A stretch of DNA of 35,564 nucleotides from an uncultured Clostridia bacterium (GCA_944392435.1 CALXWQ010000002.1:1-35564); one strand, 5' to 3'; numbered from the stretch's first letter, positions 1 to 8,262 are shown. Made by a program: numbers and translations. Notes: generated by a model from the sequence alone, not told the origin.

Positions 1-100
1 CTCCGTCGGGACGTAGCGAGGCTATTTTAATTAGAACTACCGTTGCAGGACATGCTTAATTCGAAGACCATTATCTACTAACTTTTACGGTGTTACAGGA

Positions 101-266
101 GTTACTGTTCAGTGTAATTTATATAGAATGCTCGCATAATTCATGACAATAATGTAGTTCCACGTGGTAGATATATATTTTGTTCGAATACCTGGAGAAC
201 ACAATATATATCTACCAGCAAGATGGAACGGACTTTTCTGTAATATTTTTTATACTGAACAGTAAC
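101..266 (+). repeat. Family X element, copy 1: core hairpin 149-236 enclosed by outer inverted repeat 101-116 / 251-266
   Basis: Core: ATAATGTAGTTCCACGTGGTAGATATATATTTTGTTCGAATACCTGGAGAACACAATATATATCTACCAGCAAGATGGAACGGACTTTT. Closing helix GTTCCA/TGGAAC, inner helix GGTAGATATATATT/AATATATATCTACC. Outer arms GTTACTGTTCAGT / ACTGAACAGTAAC are 13 bp perfect. Confidence 0.8.
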
Positions 267-272
267 GTAATT

Positions 273-287
273 GTTACTACTCACGGC
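273..287 (+). repeat. Solo family Z-like arm next to X copy 1
   Basis: GTTACTACTCACGGC compares with GTTACAATTCACGGC. No convincing partner arm was found. Confidence 0.35.
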
Positions 288-373
288 TTGTCTATTGTAA
301 TTTATAAATAAAGCATTTTATAAAAAATACGAGAATATTTGATAGAATTTAAGCAGTATACTTCTAACCTAAA

Positions 374-727
374 TTATATAATCTGCTTTATATGATTTAC
401 TTTAATTGATTTATTTTTTAAATATATTTCTATTACATCAAATCTTACAAACTCATTTTCTAAGTGCTTAGAATACAAATAATATTTTGCAGTACTTATT
501 AAATGTTCTTGTTTTGGCTCATTCACCGCTTCCACAGGCTTTCCATATAAAGTATTTGTTCTAGTTTTTACTTCAATAAAAACTAGTTCTTGCTTATCTT
601 TTGCAATAATATCTATTTCGCCTTGTTTTGCTACAAAATTCCTTTCAATTATTTTATATCCCAACTTTTCAAGATATTCTGTTGCCTTATCTTCTCCAAT
701 CTTTCCTATTCTGTGTCGTAAGTACAT
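374..727 (-). CDS. yraN: YraN-family (UPF0102) predicted endonuclease
   Basis: 117-aa ORF. The string IGKIGEDKATEYLEKLGYKIIERNF...GEIDIIAKD...LVFIEVKTR fits the UPF0102/YraN pattern. Confidence 0.85.
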   Translation of the reverse strand: MYLRHRIGKIGEDKATEYLEKLGYKIIERNFVAKQGEIDIIAKDKQELVFIEVKTRTNTLYGKPVEAVNEPKQEHLISTAKYYLYSKHLENEFVRFDVIEIYLKNKSIKVNHIKQII

Positions 728-848
728 AATATTATCCTTTCTACATAGTCAAACCAAAATTCAAATTACATATTTTAACTTTTATTAATGTCGCTTATTG
801 TATTATCTTTTTTACATTATGTCAATATATTATTTTTTAATTTTCTAT

Positions 849-876
849 TTGCAATTCAAAATTTATGATTTATAAT
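849..876 (+). promoter_or_regulatory. Possible sigmaA promoter of the NUDIX gene
   Basis: TTGCAA-16 nt-TATAAT. The AT-rich context makes chance matches likely. Confidence 0.35.
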
Positions 877-955
877 ATTAGTACTACTATAAAACATAAT
901 TTTAGTATCATAAAATGTAGTGGTAAAAAATTATTAATTTATAAGGAGGTATTTT

Positions 956-1456
956 ATGGAAATTGTTGACAAATTCGATAACAAAAGGCGCCCATTACAT
1001 AAAACTTCTGAAAGGCACGACAAAGTTGACGGTGAATATCGTCAATCTGTTCATACTTGGATACAAAACAGCAAAGGAGAATTTTTAATTCAAAAAAGAA
1101 CACCTAATAAAAAATTTTTTCCCAATATGTGGTCTCAAACTGGCGGTGGAGTTGATACAGGAGAGACAACTTTACAAGCAGCTTTAAGAGAGTGTAAAGA
1201 GGAATTGGGCATTGATATTAATCCTAATAATATGGAGCTAATTTTATCTTTCAAAAGGAAATATGACTTTGTAGATGTTTGGCTAGTAAAACAGGATATT
1301 GATATTTCAGAATTAGTTTTGCAGGAGGATGAAGTTGCTGATGTTAAATGGGCAACAATAGACGAGATAAAAGATTTAATGAATTCTGGAAAATTAGCCA
1401 AAAGCATAGAAGTTTATTTTAATATGTTTATTGAATTACTTGATTATCCTTTTTAA
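956..1456 (+). CDS. NUDIX hydrolase
   Basis: 166-aa ORF with Nudix box GGGVDTGETTLQAALRECKEELGI (G-x5-E-x7-REUxEExGU). AAGGAGG lies 6 nt upstream of the ATG. Confidence 0.85.
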   Translation: MEIVDKFDNKRRPLHKTSERHDKVDGEYRQSVHTWIQNSKGEFLIQKRTPNKKFFPNMWSQTGGGVDTGETTLQAALRECKEELGIDINPNNMELILSFKRKYDFVDVWLVKQDIDISELVLQEDEVADVKWATIDEIKDLMNSGKLAKSIEVYFNMFIELLDYPF

Positions 1457-1670
1457 AATAATAAAGGATTTAAACTTGTTCTATATCGAGTTATAAGAAG
1501 TACTAAAATTTCAAAGAGAAAGTCGATTATTCCTATACATTAAATAAATGATAAATTAGGAAGTATCTCCTCAATTCATCATGGTTTTATATAATTCTAA
1601 TAGAATCTTTCAATTGTCTCTGACCATTTAATATAATCATCCGTTCTCAGCCATTAAAAGGTCTGGCAAG

Positions 1671-1710
1671 AAAAATTGACAAAAAGAAGTGTCCTTTTTG
1701 TCAATTTTTC
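1671..1710. terminator. Bidirectional intrinsic terminator shared by the convergent NUDIX and HK genes
   Basis: AATTGACAAAAAG-aagtgtc-CTTTTTGTCAATT is a 13-bp stem. An A-run on the 5' side and a T-run on the 3' side give a U-tail on both strands. It overlaps the last HK codons. Confidence 0.7.
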
Positions 1711-3815
1711 TTAAATTTTATTGTTACTTTAAACAAATCTCCATCTAAGTATATATTAAACTTACCTTGTTGTAATTCTGTTAGGCTCCTTGCTATAGAA
1801 AGTCCAAGTCCGCTTCCTTCTGTATTTCTTGATGCTTCTCCTCTCACAAATCTCTGCATTAATTCGTCCGCACTAATATTTAGTTTTTGTTTTGATACAT
1901 TTTTTATCTGTATTATAACATCTCCATCTTTTTCTGCTATATCTGTATATACTCTTGTTCCTTCCATTGCATATTTTGATATATTTGAATACATATTTTC
2001 TAGTACTCTATACATATATCTACTATCTGCATTTATATATACATCGCTTTCTGGGAATGTAATTATTTCGTGCAAATTATGAGATTTGAATTTGTCTTCA
2101 AATTCTCCAGATACTTGTTTTATAAGTTCATTTACATTTAATCTTTCTATGTTTAATTTTATTGCTCCTGATGATGCTTTTGATGCCTCAACTAAGTCTT
2201 CCGTAAGCTTTTTTAATCTTTGAGATTTACTATCTAATATGTCTAAATATTCTTTTGCTTTTTCGCCTTGTGCATCTTCTTTCTTCAATAAATCCACATA
2301 GTTAATTATAGATGTAAGTGGTGTTTTTATATCATGTGATACATTTGTAATAAGTTCTGTCTTTAATCTTTCGCTTTTTAATTTTTCATTTATCGCATTA
2401 GACAATCCACCAGCAATGTCATTTATTTGCTTTCCAGTTTCTTGCATTTCTTTGCATAATTCTTTTTCGTCCAAACGCATATCAGTGTCGCCTTTATATA
2501 GTTTACTAATAGCATCTTCTATTTTTGAATATGACTTTATTCTTTTAGTTATATAACTAAATGCTATTACATAAAGAATAATTGTTAAAACTATTCCAGG
2601 AAATCCATCAGACCACATAATTGCAAAGGTAAATAAATTAGCTAGTATGAATGCTATAAAATATAGTACAAATCTTTTTGTTATTTTTAGTTCTAACATA
2701 AATCCTTTTATTTTTATATAAATCCAATATGCAAATGTCGTCTTAATAAATGTATGTGTTTTTACTCTTTTTACAACTGTTTCGAAAAATAAGATGCAAG
2801 CTAGGTACATAATGAGTATTCCAACAGCCATAATTGAAATAGCAAGTGTAAAAGTAACTATTGTAGATGCTCCTCCAATACTAACAGTAAATACTGCTCC
2901 TATACATCCTATAAATATTGAAATAGACGCTGCAAATTCAATTAATATTTTATCAAACCAATTTAAGTTAATACCTTCTTGCTTTCTTGTTCTTCCAATT
3001 CCTATTACAATTATAGGTATTAGTGCTATTATTAAACCAATTAAAAATGGTATTAAAAATACTAAATTTTGATTTACTATAGATAATGTATTATACAAAA
3101 GTCTATCTCTATAAATATTGTCAACATATTCCATGTCATCTAAAAGTGCTGTGTAAATAGTGTAATTATTTTTTAAGTTGGCATTCTGACCATTACTTGC
3201 TGTTTCTGAATCTATTACATTGTTTTGTTTATTATTAGACTCACTACTTTGCTCTGTATTTCCTAGCATCTCTATATCTTCTTGATTTAAAGTACTATCT
3301 ATATATTCTATATTTTCATTGCTTAATTTTTCTATTGTTGTTTGAATACTTCCATCATGATATTTCCAATTTTGGCTATTTCCCATTATTTTATTTTTTA
3401 TATTATCAATGGTACTTGTATCTAATGAGTAATTCAAATTAGTATACGCTATTTTTGTGTCATTATCTAAAACAAGCCAAACCACATTGCTTCCATTATA
3501 GTCTGTATAATAGTTTATACTTTTTACTTCATCATTGTTTTCCACAGTTTCTGTATGTGAGTAATAGTAACTATATGCATCAGTTTGGTAATTATCTTTT
3601 AATACATCTACTGTTGTTAAACTTCCAAATATCTCTTTTGCATAATCTTCTGCAAATGTGTTAGTATCATAGAAATCTACTCCTGCTTTTATTGATTCTC
3701 TTTCAAGTGGATATGATAAACAGAATATTAAAAGTACCAGTATTGTAGCAAATATTGGAAATAGAACATATGCAATATTTTTTAGAACTCGTGGTATACA
3801 AATTTTTTTCTCCAT
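1701..3815 (-). CDS. Membrane sensor histidine kinase (HisKA + HATPase_c) with a large extracytoplasmic N-terminal region
   Basis: H-box SHDIKTPLTSII, N-box RVLENMYSNISKYA, G-box GSGLGLSIA. One N-terminal TM, then ~230 aa of polar N/S/T-rich sequence, then a multi-TM block. The ORF track starts at 3851; I prefer the ATG at 3815 (MEKKICIP) because GGAGG lies 5 nt upstream. Confidence 0.88.
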   Translation of the reverse strand: MEKKICIPRVLKNIAYVLFPIFATILVLLIFCLSYPLERESIKAGVDFYDTNTFAEDYAKEIFGSLTTVDVLKDNYQTDAYSYYYSHTETVENNDEVKSINYYTDYNGSNVVWLVLDNDTKIAYTNLNYSLDTSTIDNIKNKIMGNSQNWKYHDGSIQTTIEKLSNENIEYIDSTLNQEDIEMLGNTEQSSESNNKQNNVIDSETASNGQNANLKNNYTIYTALLDDMEYVDNIYRDRLLYNTLSIVNQNLVFLIPFLIGLIIALIPIIVIGIGRTRKQEGINLNWFDKILIEFAASISIFIGCIGAVFTVSIGGASTIVTFTLAISIMAVGILIMYLACILFFETVVKRVKTHTFIKTTFAYWIYIKIKGFMLELKITKRFVLYFIAFILANLFTFAIMWSDGFPGIVLTIILYVIAFSYITKRIKSYSKIEDAISKLYKGDTDMRLDEKELCKEMQETGKQINDIAGGLSNAINEKLKSERLKTELITNVSHDIKTPLTSIINYVDLLKKEDAQGEKAKEYLDILDSKSQRLKKLTEDLVEASKASSGAIKLNIERLNVNELIKQVSGEFEDKFKSHNLHEIITFPESDVYINADSRYMYRVLENMYSNISKYAMEGTRVYTDIAEKDGDVIIQIKNVSKQKLNISADELMQRFVRGEASRNTEGSGLGLSIARSLTELQQGKFNIYLDGDLFKVTIKFKKN

Positions 3816-3856
3816 TTTAACCTCCATTAAAGATAATATTAGTTCTAGCAAAAATT

Positions 3857-3948
3857 AACGAAAGTGTATAGAATAATGTGTTTTAATCTTTTAAAATGCT
3901 GAAATACTTAAGAAATTTTTAATTTAACACAATAAAAAATACATAGTC
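3857..3948 (+). repeat. Family Y repeat, copy A (inside the RR-HK spacer)
   Basis: AACGAAAGTGTATAGAATAATGTGTTTTAATCTTTTAAAATGCTGAAATACTTAAGAAATTTTTAATTTAACACAATAAAAAATACATAGTC. Confidence 0.7.
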
Positions 3949-4003
3949 TTTTTAATTTAAAACGAAGTATAAAAATGCTAAAGCGACTATCTTTCGAATT
4001 TTT

Positions 4004-4705
4004 TCAGAATTTCTCAATCTTGTACCCAATCCCCCAAATAACTTTCAAATACTTTGGTTCTCTTGGATTTATTTCTATTTTTTCTCTAATGTGCCTAATA
4101 TGTACAGCTATTATATTTTCCGCTCCATAACTTTCTTCTTCCCATACATTTTCATAAATTTGTTCTATAGAATATACTATTCCTTTGTTCTTTGTAAGAA
4201 ATTTTAATATGTTATACTCTGTAGGAGTTAGCTTTACTTCTTTTCCATCAACTTCGACCACTTTAGTAGAATCATTTATAACTAAATCTCCTGAACTATA
4301 AATATTATTATTGTCTTCTTTTTTTACCATAGAGCCTAAGCTAGTATATCTCCTAATTTGTGAGTTCACTCTAGCAATCAATTCTAATGGGTTGAAAGGC
4401 TTAGTCACATAATCATCTGCTCCATTGTTTAGACCAGATATTTTATCATAATCTTCTGACTTTGCAGATAACATAATAATTGGAATTGACTTATCTTTCC
4501 TAATTATATTGGCTGTTTCAATTCCATCTAGCTTTGGCATCATAATATCTAAAATTATTAATTGAATATCATCATTTTTCTTAAGTATTTCTAAAGCTTC
4601 CATTCCATCATATGCTTTTAAAATATTATACCCTTCTTTACTTAAATATATTTCTATCGCTTTTACTATTTCTTTATCGTCGTCACATACTAATATGTTA
4701 TACAT
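4004..4705 (-). CDS. OmpR-family response regulator
   Basis: Receiver domain (LVCDDD..., LIILDIMMPKLDG, LSAKSE) plus a winged-helix C-terminus (LTPTEYNILKFL...IWGIGYK). Confidence 0.92.
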   Translation of the reverse strand: MYNILVCDDDKEIVKAIEIYLSKEGYNILKAYDGMEALEILKKNDDIQLIILDIMMPKLDGIETANIIRKDKSIPIIMLSAKSEDYDKISGLNNGADDYVTKPFNPLELIARVNSQIRRYTSLGSMVKKEDNNNIYSSGDLVINDSTKVVEVDGKEVKLTPTEYNILKFLTKNKGIVYSIEQIYENVWEEESYGAENIIAVHIRHIREKIEINPREPKYLKVIWGIGYKIEKF

Positions 4706-4742
4706 AAAAATCTTCCCTTTCTAAAACTAACATTATACATCT

Positions 4743-4763
4743 ATTATATCATGAATTATACCA
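4743..4763 (-). promoter_or_regulatory. Two tandem extended -10 boxes upstream of the response-regulator gene
   Basis: The minus strand reads TGGTATAAT (4755-4763) and TGATATAAT (4743-4751), 38-58 nt upstream of the ATG at 4705. Both overlap the Z-like hairpin. Confidence 0.45.
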
Positions 4764-4780
4764 TTGTTACAGTTCATGAT
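4748..4780. repeat. Family Z-like hairpin upstream of the response-regulator gene
   Basis: ATCATGAATT-ataccattgttac-AGTTCATGAT. GTTACAGTTCATGAT resembles the Z TIR. Confidence 0.5.
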
Positions 4781-4822
4781 TTGCATTCTTTACAATATGC
4801 GTTGATATTTTATTTTGACATG

Positions 4823-4905
4823 GTAGTTCCATGTCGTAGATTTATATTTTGCTCGAAAACATGAATAACGCAATATATGTCTACCGACAAGATGGAACTG
4901 ATTTT
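4823..4905 (+). repeat. Family X element, copy 2 (core)
   Basis: GTAGTTCCATGTCGTAGATTTATATTTTGCTCGAAAACATGAATAACGCAATATATGTCTACCGACAAGATGGAACTGATTTT. Same architecture as copy 1. Flanking complementarity is weaker and interrupted (about 4793-4815 / 4906-4929). Confidence 0.8.
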
Positions 4906-5001
4906 AATAGATATTTTCAAATATGCATTATAACTAAGTATTAGTATAGCAAACTATTATTAATAAAAAAGGAAAAATTTATTAATTTTTTATTAATGAA
5001 C

Positions 5002-5042
5002 AAAAAAACAGCAATTGGTTTCTGTCCCCAATTGCTGTTTTT
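5002..5042. terminator. Intrinsic terminator downstream of the AI-2E transporter gene (usable on both strands)
   Basis: ACAGCAATTGG-tttctgtc-CCAATTGCTGT, flanked by AAAAAAA (5') and TTTTT (3'). Confidence 0.75.
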
Positions 5043-5044
5043 AT

Positions 5045-6151
5045 CTATTCAATATAATCTGTAATTAATACTTTTATAACAGCTACTATTGGAACTGATA
5101 AAAACATCCCCCATACGCCAAAATATGTTCCTCCTAATGAAACAGCAAAAATCACGAGTAATGGACTAATTTTTAGTTTATCCCCTAGTATTTTAGGATT
5201 TATTATATTAGCATCTATTTGTTGAAGTATAGTAACAATTATAACCATAATAAGTGCTTGCCAGAAGCCACCTGTTAATAAAGTTATTAAAGCTGCAATT
5301 ATTACTGCAATTATTGCTCCAAAATATGGTATAAGATTAAATATTCCTATCATAAATCCTAATAATATTGCATATTTCACTCCCAATATAGACATAGCAA
5401 TAGAGGTTATAATTCCTATTACAATTCCGTCTATCAATTGTCCTGCTAAGAAGTTAAAGAATATATTGTTTGATCTATCAAAATATTTTCCAATATTCTT
5501 GTATGCCTTTTCTTTAAATAATACTTTCACTAATTTTTTTATAAATTCCATTATTTCTTTTCTTTGCAATAGCAAATATATTGAAACTATTATTGCTACA
5601 AAAAAGTCTAATATTCCTCCTGCTACATTTATTACACCTTGTGCATATTCTGCGAGTTTATTCATGTTAAAAAATTGTTTTAAGTCAATATTTTTTATAC
5701 TATCTATTATGTCTAAAAATATTTCATTTTTAAAAATTGAATCTTCTGGCAAAGTATCTATATTTGTCATTAGAGAATTATAGTATCCTTGTATATTTGT
5801 AGCTAAATCTATAATACTGCTTGCTATTATTGGTAACAAATAGTTTATTGCTATTACAAGAATTAATATAGCTATTAGATAAACTGTTAAAATAGAAAGA
5901 CCCCTTGCTCTTTTGCTAATGAATTTTATTTTCCTATTTTTCTTATATATTCCTTCTATTTTTCTACAAGGTATGTAAAATAAATATGAAATAAGTAGAC
6001 CAATTATAAATGGCATAATCGCATCCAAAAAATTTTTTATCCAATTACCTATTGCAGAAAAATTGTCTAATGTTTTATATACTAAGATTATAGCAACCGC
6101 AAATAAAAACCAATAAAGCCACTTAGTTATTTTTTTCTTGTTGTTTTCCAT
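5045..6151 (-). CDS. AI-2E family (PerM/YtvI-like) transporter
   Basis: Multi-TM protein with the family-typical FNLIPYFGAIIA and ISPLLVIFAVSLGG segments. Start moved to the ATG at 6151 (MENNKKK), which has GGGAG 6 nt upstream. The track start at 6193 has no RBS. Confidence 0.85.
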   Translation of the reverse strand: MENNKKKITKWLYWFLFAVAIILVYKTLDNFSAIGNWIKNFLDAIMPFIIGLLISYLFYIPCRKIEGIYKKNRKIKFISKRARGLSILTVYLIAILILVIAINYLLPIIASSIIDLATNIQGYYNSLMTNIDTLPEDSIFKNEIFLDIIDSIKNIDLKQFFNMNKLAEYAQGVINVAGGILDFFVAIIVSIYLLLQRKEIMEFIKKLVKVLFKEKAYKNIGKYFDRSNNIFFNFLAGQLIDGIVIGIITSIAMSILGVKYAILLGFMIGIFNLIPYFGAIIAVIIAALITLLTGGFWQALIMVIIVTILQQIDANIINPKILGDKLKISPLLVIFAVSLGGTYFGVWGMFLSVPIVAVIKVLITDYIE

Positions 6152-6292
6152 TTGCATCTCCCTTCTTATATTATTTAATTCTCTTATTTTCACCTTTCAA
6201 AAGCAAACTATTTTTAAGTATTGTTTGTAAATATTAGCTTAACCAATAGCAAGCTTTTTAATTTTCTATGCAAGAGCACTATAACAACTACA

Positions 6293-7060
6293 TTATATTT
6301 CTAAATCTAAACCAACAGGGCAATGATCACTTCCCATAATCTCAGAGAAAATATAACTTTCCTTTATTTTATTTTCAATTGATTTAGATACTATAAAATA
6401 GTCTATTCTCCATCCTGCATTTTTTTCTCTCGCCTTAAACATGTATGACCACCACGAATACACACCTTCTTTATTTGGGTACAAATACCTAAAAGTATCA
6501 GTAAATCCTGAATTTAATAGTTCAGTCATTTTTCCTCTCTCTTCATCAGTAAATCCAGCATTTCCTCTATTCGTTTTTGGATTTTTTAAATCAATTTCCT
6601 CATGAGCCACATTTAAGTCCCCACATAATACAACAGGTTTTTTCTCGTTAAGTTTTAATAAATAATTCCTAAACTCATCTTCCCACACCATTCTATAATC
6701 TAATCTCTCTAATTCTCTTTTTGCGTTAGGTGTATAACAATTTACTAAATAAAAATTTTCATATTCTACTGTTATTACTCTTCCTTCTTTATCATGCTCT
6801 TCTATACCAATTCCATATGTAACATTTAATGGCTTTATTTTAGAAAATACTGCAGTTCCAGAGTAACCTTTTTTCTCTGCACTATTCCAATAGCAATAAT
6901 ATCCATCAAAAATGTTTTTTAATTTATCATCTACTTGTTCTTCTTGCATTTTTGTTTCTTGCACACAAAAAACATCAGCATTTATATCTCTAAAAAAATC
7001 TTCGAATCCTTTATTTACTACTGCTCTTAATCCATTTACATTCCATGACACTAACTTCAT
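6293..7060 (-). CDS. xth: Exodeoxyribonuclease III (AP endonuclease, EEP family)
   Basis: MKLVSWNVNGLRA...FCVQETK...LCGDLNVAH...GWRIDYF...SDHCPV are canonical Xth/ExoA motifs. ATG at 7060 is preceded by GGAGG. Confidence 0.9.
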   Translation of the reverse strand: MKLVSWNVNGLRAVVNKGFEDFFRDINADVFCVQETKMQEEQVDDKLKNIFDGYYCYWNSAEKKGYSGTAVFSKIKPLNVTYGIGIEEHDKEGRVITVEYENFYLVNCYTPNAKRELERLDYRMVWEDEFRNYLLKLNEKKPVVLCGDLNVAHEEIDLKNPKTNRGNAGFTDEERGKMTELLNSGFTDTFRYLYPNKEGVYSWWSYMFKAREKNAGWRIDYFIVSKSIENKIKESYIFSEIMGSDHCPVGLDLEI

Positions 7061-7136
7061 TTTATCCTCCTTTCGAGCGAATTTACGCTCTAACAAAAAT
7101 TTTATTTAATAACCTCTATATAATTCCTTTTCAACT

Positions 7137-7160
7137 AAAAGGAGATGGTCTCCCATCTCC
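7137..7160 (-). terminator. Intrinsic terminator downstream of the G5/SleB-like hydrolase gene
   Basis: The minus strand reads GGAGATGG-gaga-CCATCTCC followed by TTTT. Confidence 0.7.
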
Positions 7161-7189
7161 TTCCACCAATTTATTGTTCTTTGTCTATA

Positions 7190-8197
7190 TTATAATGAGT
7201 TGAAATATACATTTCCACCTATAATTTCTCCTGAATGACTTCCTGCTGCTCTAAATGACAAATAATTATGATTTCTTTTACCATTTAGTGCATCTAAGAC
7301 TGCTTGCTTTACATATGATGGATAATTACCATTTAATCTTTTTCTCCAATGACTATCTATTGAATAACAGAACTGACTTGGAGCCTTATATTGACTTAAT
7401 GGGTCAGTACCATATCGTCTCCAACTACTACTTTTTGTTCTATTGCATGCTGTTGTTATAACTGCTAATGCACCTGTATAGCTTGAGCTACATTCTTGTG
7501 CTGTTATAGCACACAATAAATCTATTTCGCTAGATGAATATGACCATTTTCCACCGTTATATGTTGTTCTTGAAGTACTACTACTTCTTGTTGTAATTTG
7601 TTTTGTTCTAACTTCTATTATTTTATCAACTGGTTCTTTTACAACTTTAGATGACATCTTTGTTTTTTCTATTTCTTTGCCATTTTGATATTTTATTTTA
7701 TATGTTATTTCTCTTAATCCATTTTTACCTTGTTGAACCACTCTATCTTGTTTACTTCCACTACCTGTTGTAACATCTTTTGTAATTGTTTCGTAAGGTA
7801 TTGTCTCTTGTTCTACAACAATCTTTTCAATTATTTTAGAGTAATTATCCAATATGTCTTCAGTTGTAACCTCAGAAGATTTTTCTACTTTATCACTTAC
7901 TTCTACATCTTCTGACTCTTTTGATATTGTAATAGTATTATTATCTGAAAGTTCTTCGCTTGTATCTGGTGTTACCTTTTCATCTTCTAATAATACAATA
8001 TGGTTTTCCTCTAAAATCTCTTTTACACTTGTTTTAGTTGTTAAAATATCCATTTCATAACCACTTGAAAGTACTATTTTAACATTTCTTAAGCTGACAT
8101 TGCCTGCCATTACGCCTACACTTAGTATGAATATAAAGATTATACTAATACATACTATTTTTCTCAGCGATATGGACGCTTTATCATTACCTCTCAT
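7190..8197 (-). CDS. Secreted cell-wall hydrolase with DUF348-like, G5 and SleB/Hydrolase_2-like domains
   Basis: N-terminal TM/signal. G5-like block ETIPYETITKD...GKNGLREITYKIKYQNGKE. C-terminal LLCAITAQEC...ALAVITTACNR resembles the SleB-type hydrolase core. Confidence 0.75.
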   Translation of the reverse strand: MRGNDKASISLRKIVCISIIFIFILSVGVMAGNVSLRNVKIVLSSGYEMDILTTKTSVKEILEENHIVLLEDEKVTPDTSEELSDNNTITISKESEDVEVSDKVEKSSEVTTEDILDNYSKIIEKIVVEQETIPYETITKDVTTGSGSKQDRVVQQGKNGLREITYKIKYQNGKEIEKTKMSSKVVKEPVDKIIEVRTKQITTRSSSTSRTTYNGGKWSYSSSEIDLLCAITAQECSSSYTGALAVITTACNRTKSSSWRRYGTDPLSQYKAPSQFCYSIDSHWRKRLNGNYPSYVKQAVLDALNGKRNHNYLSFRAAGSHSGEIIGGNVYFNSL

Positions 8198-8233
8198 ATT
8201 TAAATTGTTCCCTCCTTTAAAAGCAACAATGTT

Positions 8234-8262
8234 ATTATACCATAATTATTCTTTTCTGTCAA
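8234..8262 (-). promoter_or_regulatory. Consensus sigmaA promoter of the G5/SleB-like hydrolase gene
   Basis: The minus strand reads TTGACA-17 nt-TATAAT with TGg immediately upstream (TGGTATAAT). Both hexamers are perfect. Confidence 0.7.

Noticed and set aside
120-149. TTGTCA-18-TATATA promoter-like match on the minus strand inside the left spacer of X copy 1.
   Set aside because: The spacing is suboptimal, the match is not conserved at the equivalent place in copy 4, and such matches are frequent at this AT content.
182-192. GTTCGAATACC in the loop of X copy 1 looks like a tRNA T-loop (GGTTCGAATCC).
   Set aside because: No acceptor, D or anticodon arms can be drawn around it. The motif is not kept in the other three X copies (CTCGAAAACA, ATGCAAAACT, GTTTGAATACA).
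149-236. X elements as integron attC sites, or as LexA (Cheo box) operators because of GTTCGAA...GAGAAC.
   Set aside because: The ends (GTTCCAT / GTGGAAC) do not fit the attC R'/R'' consensus GTTRRRY / RYYYAAC, and the flanking genes are core genes rather than cassettes. The Cheo box CGAAC-N4-GTTCG is not present, and the loop is not conserved between copies.
149-236. X elements as type I toxin-antitoxin loci or small-peptide genes.
   Set aside because: The only ORFs inside are 3-9 codons long and are not conserved between copies. For example, the ATG of copy 4 is CAG in copy 1.
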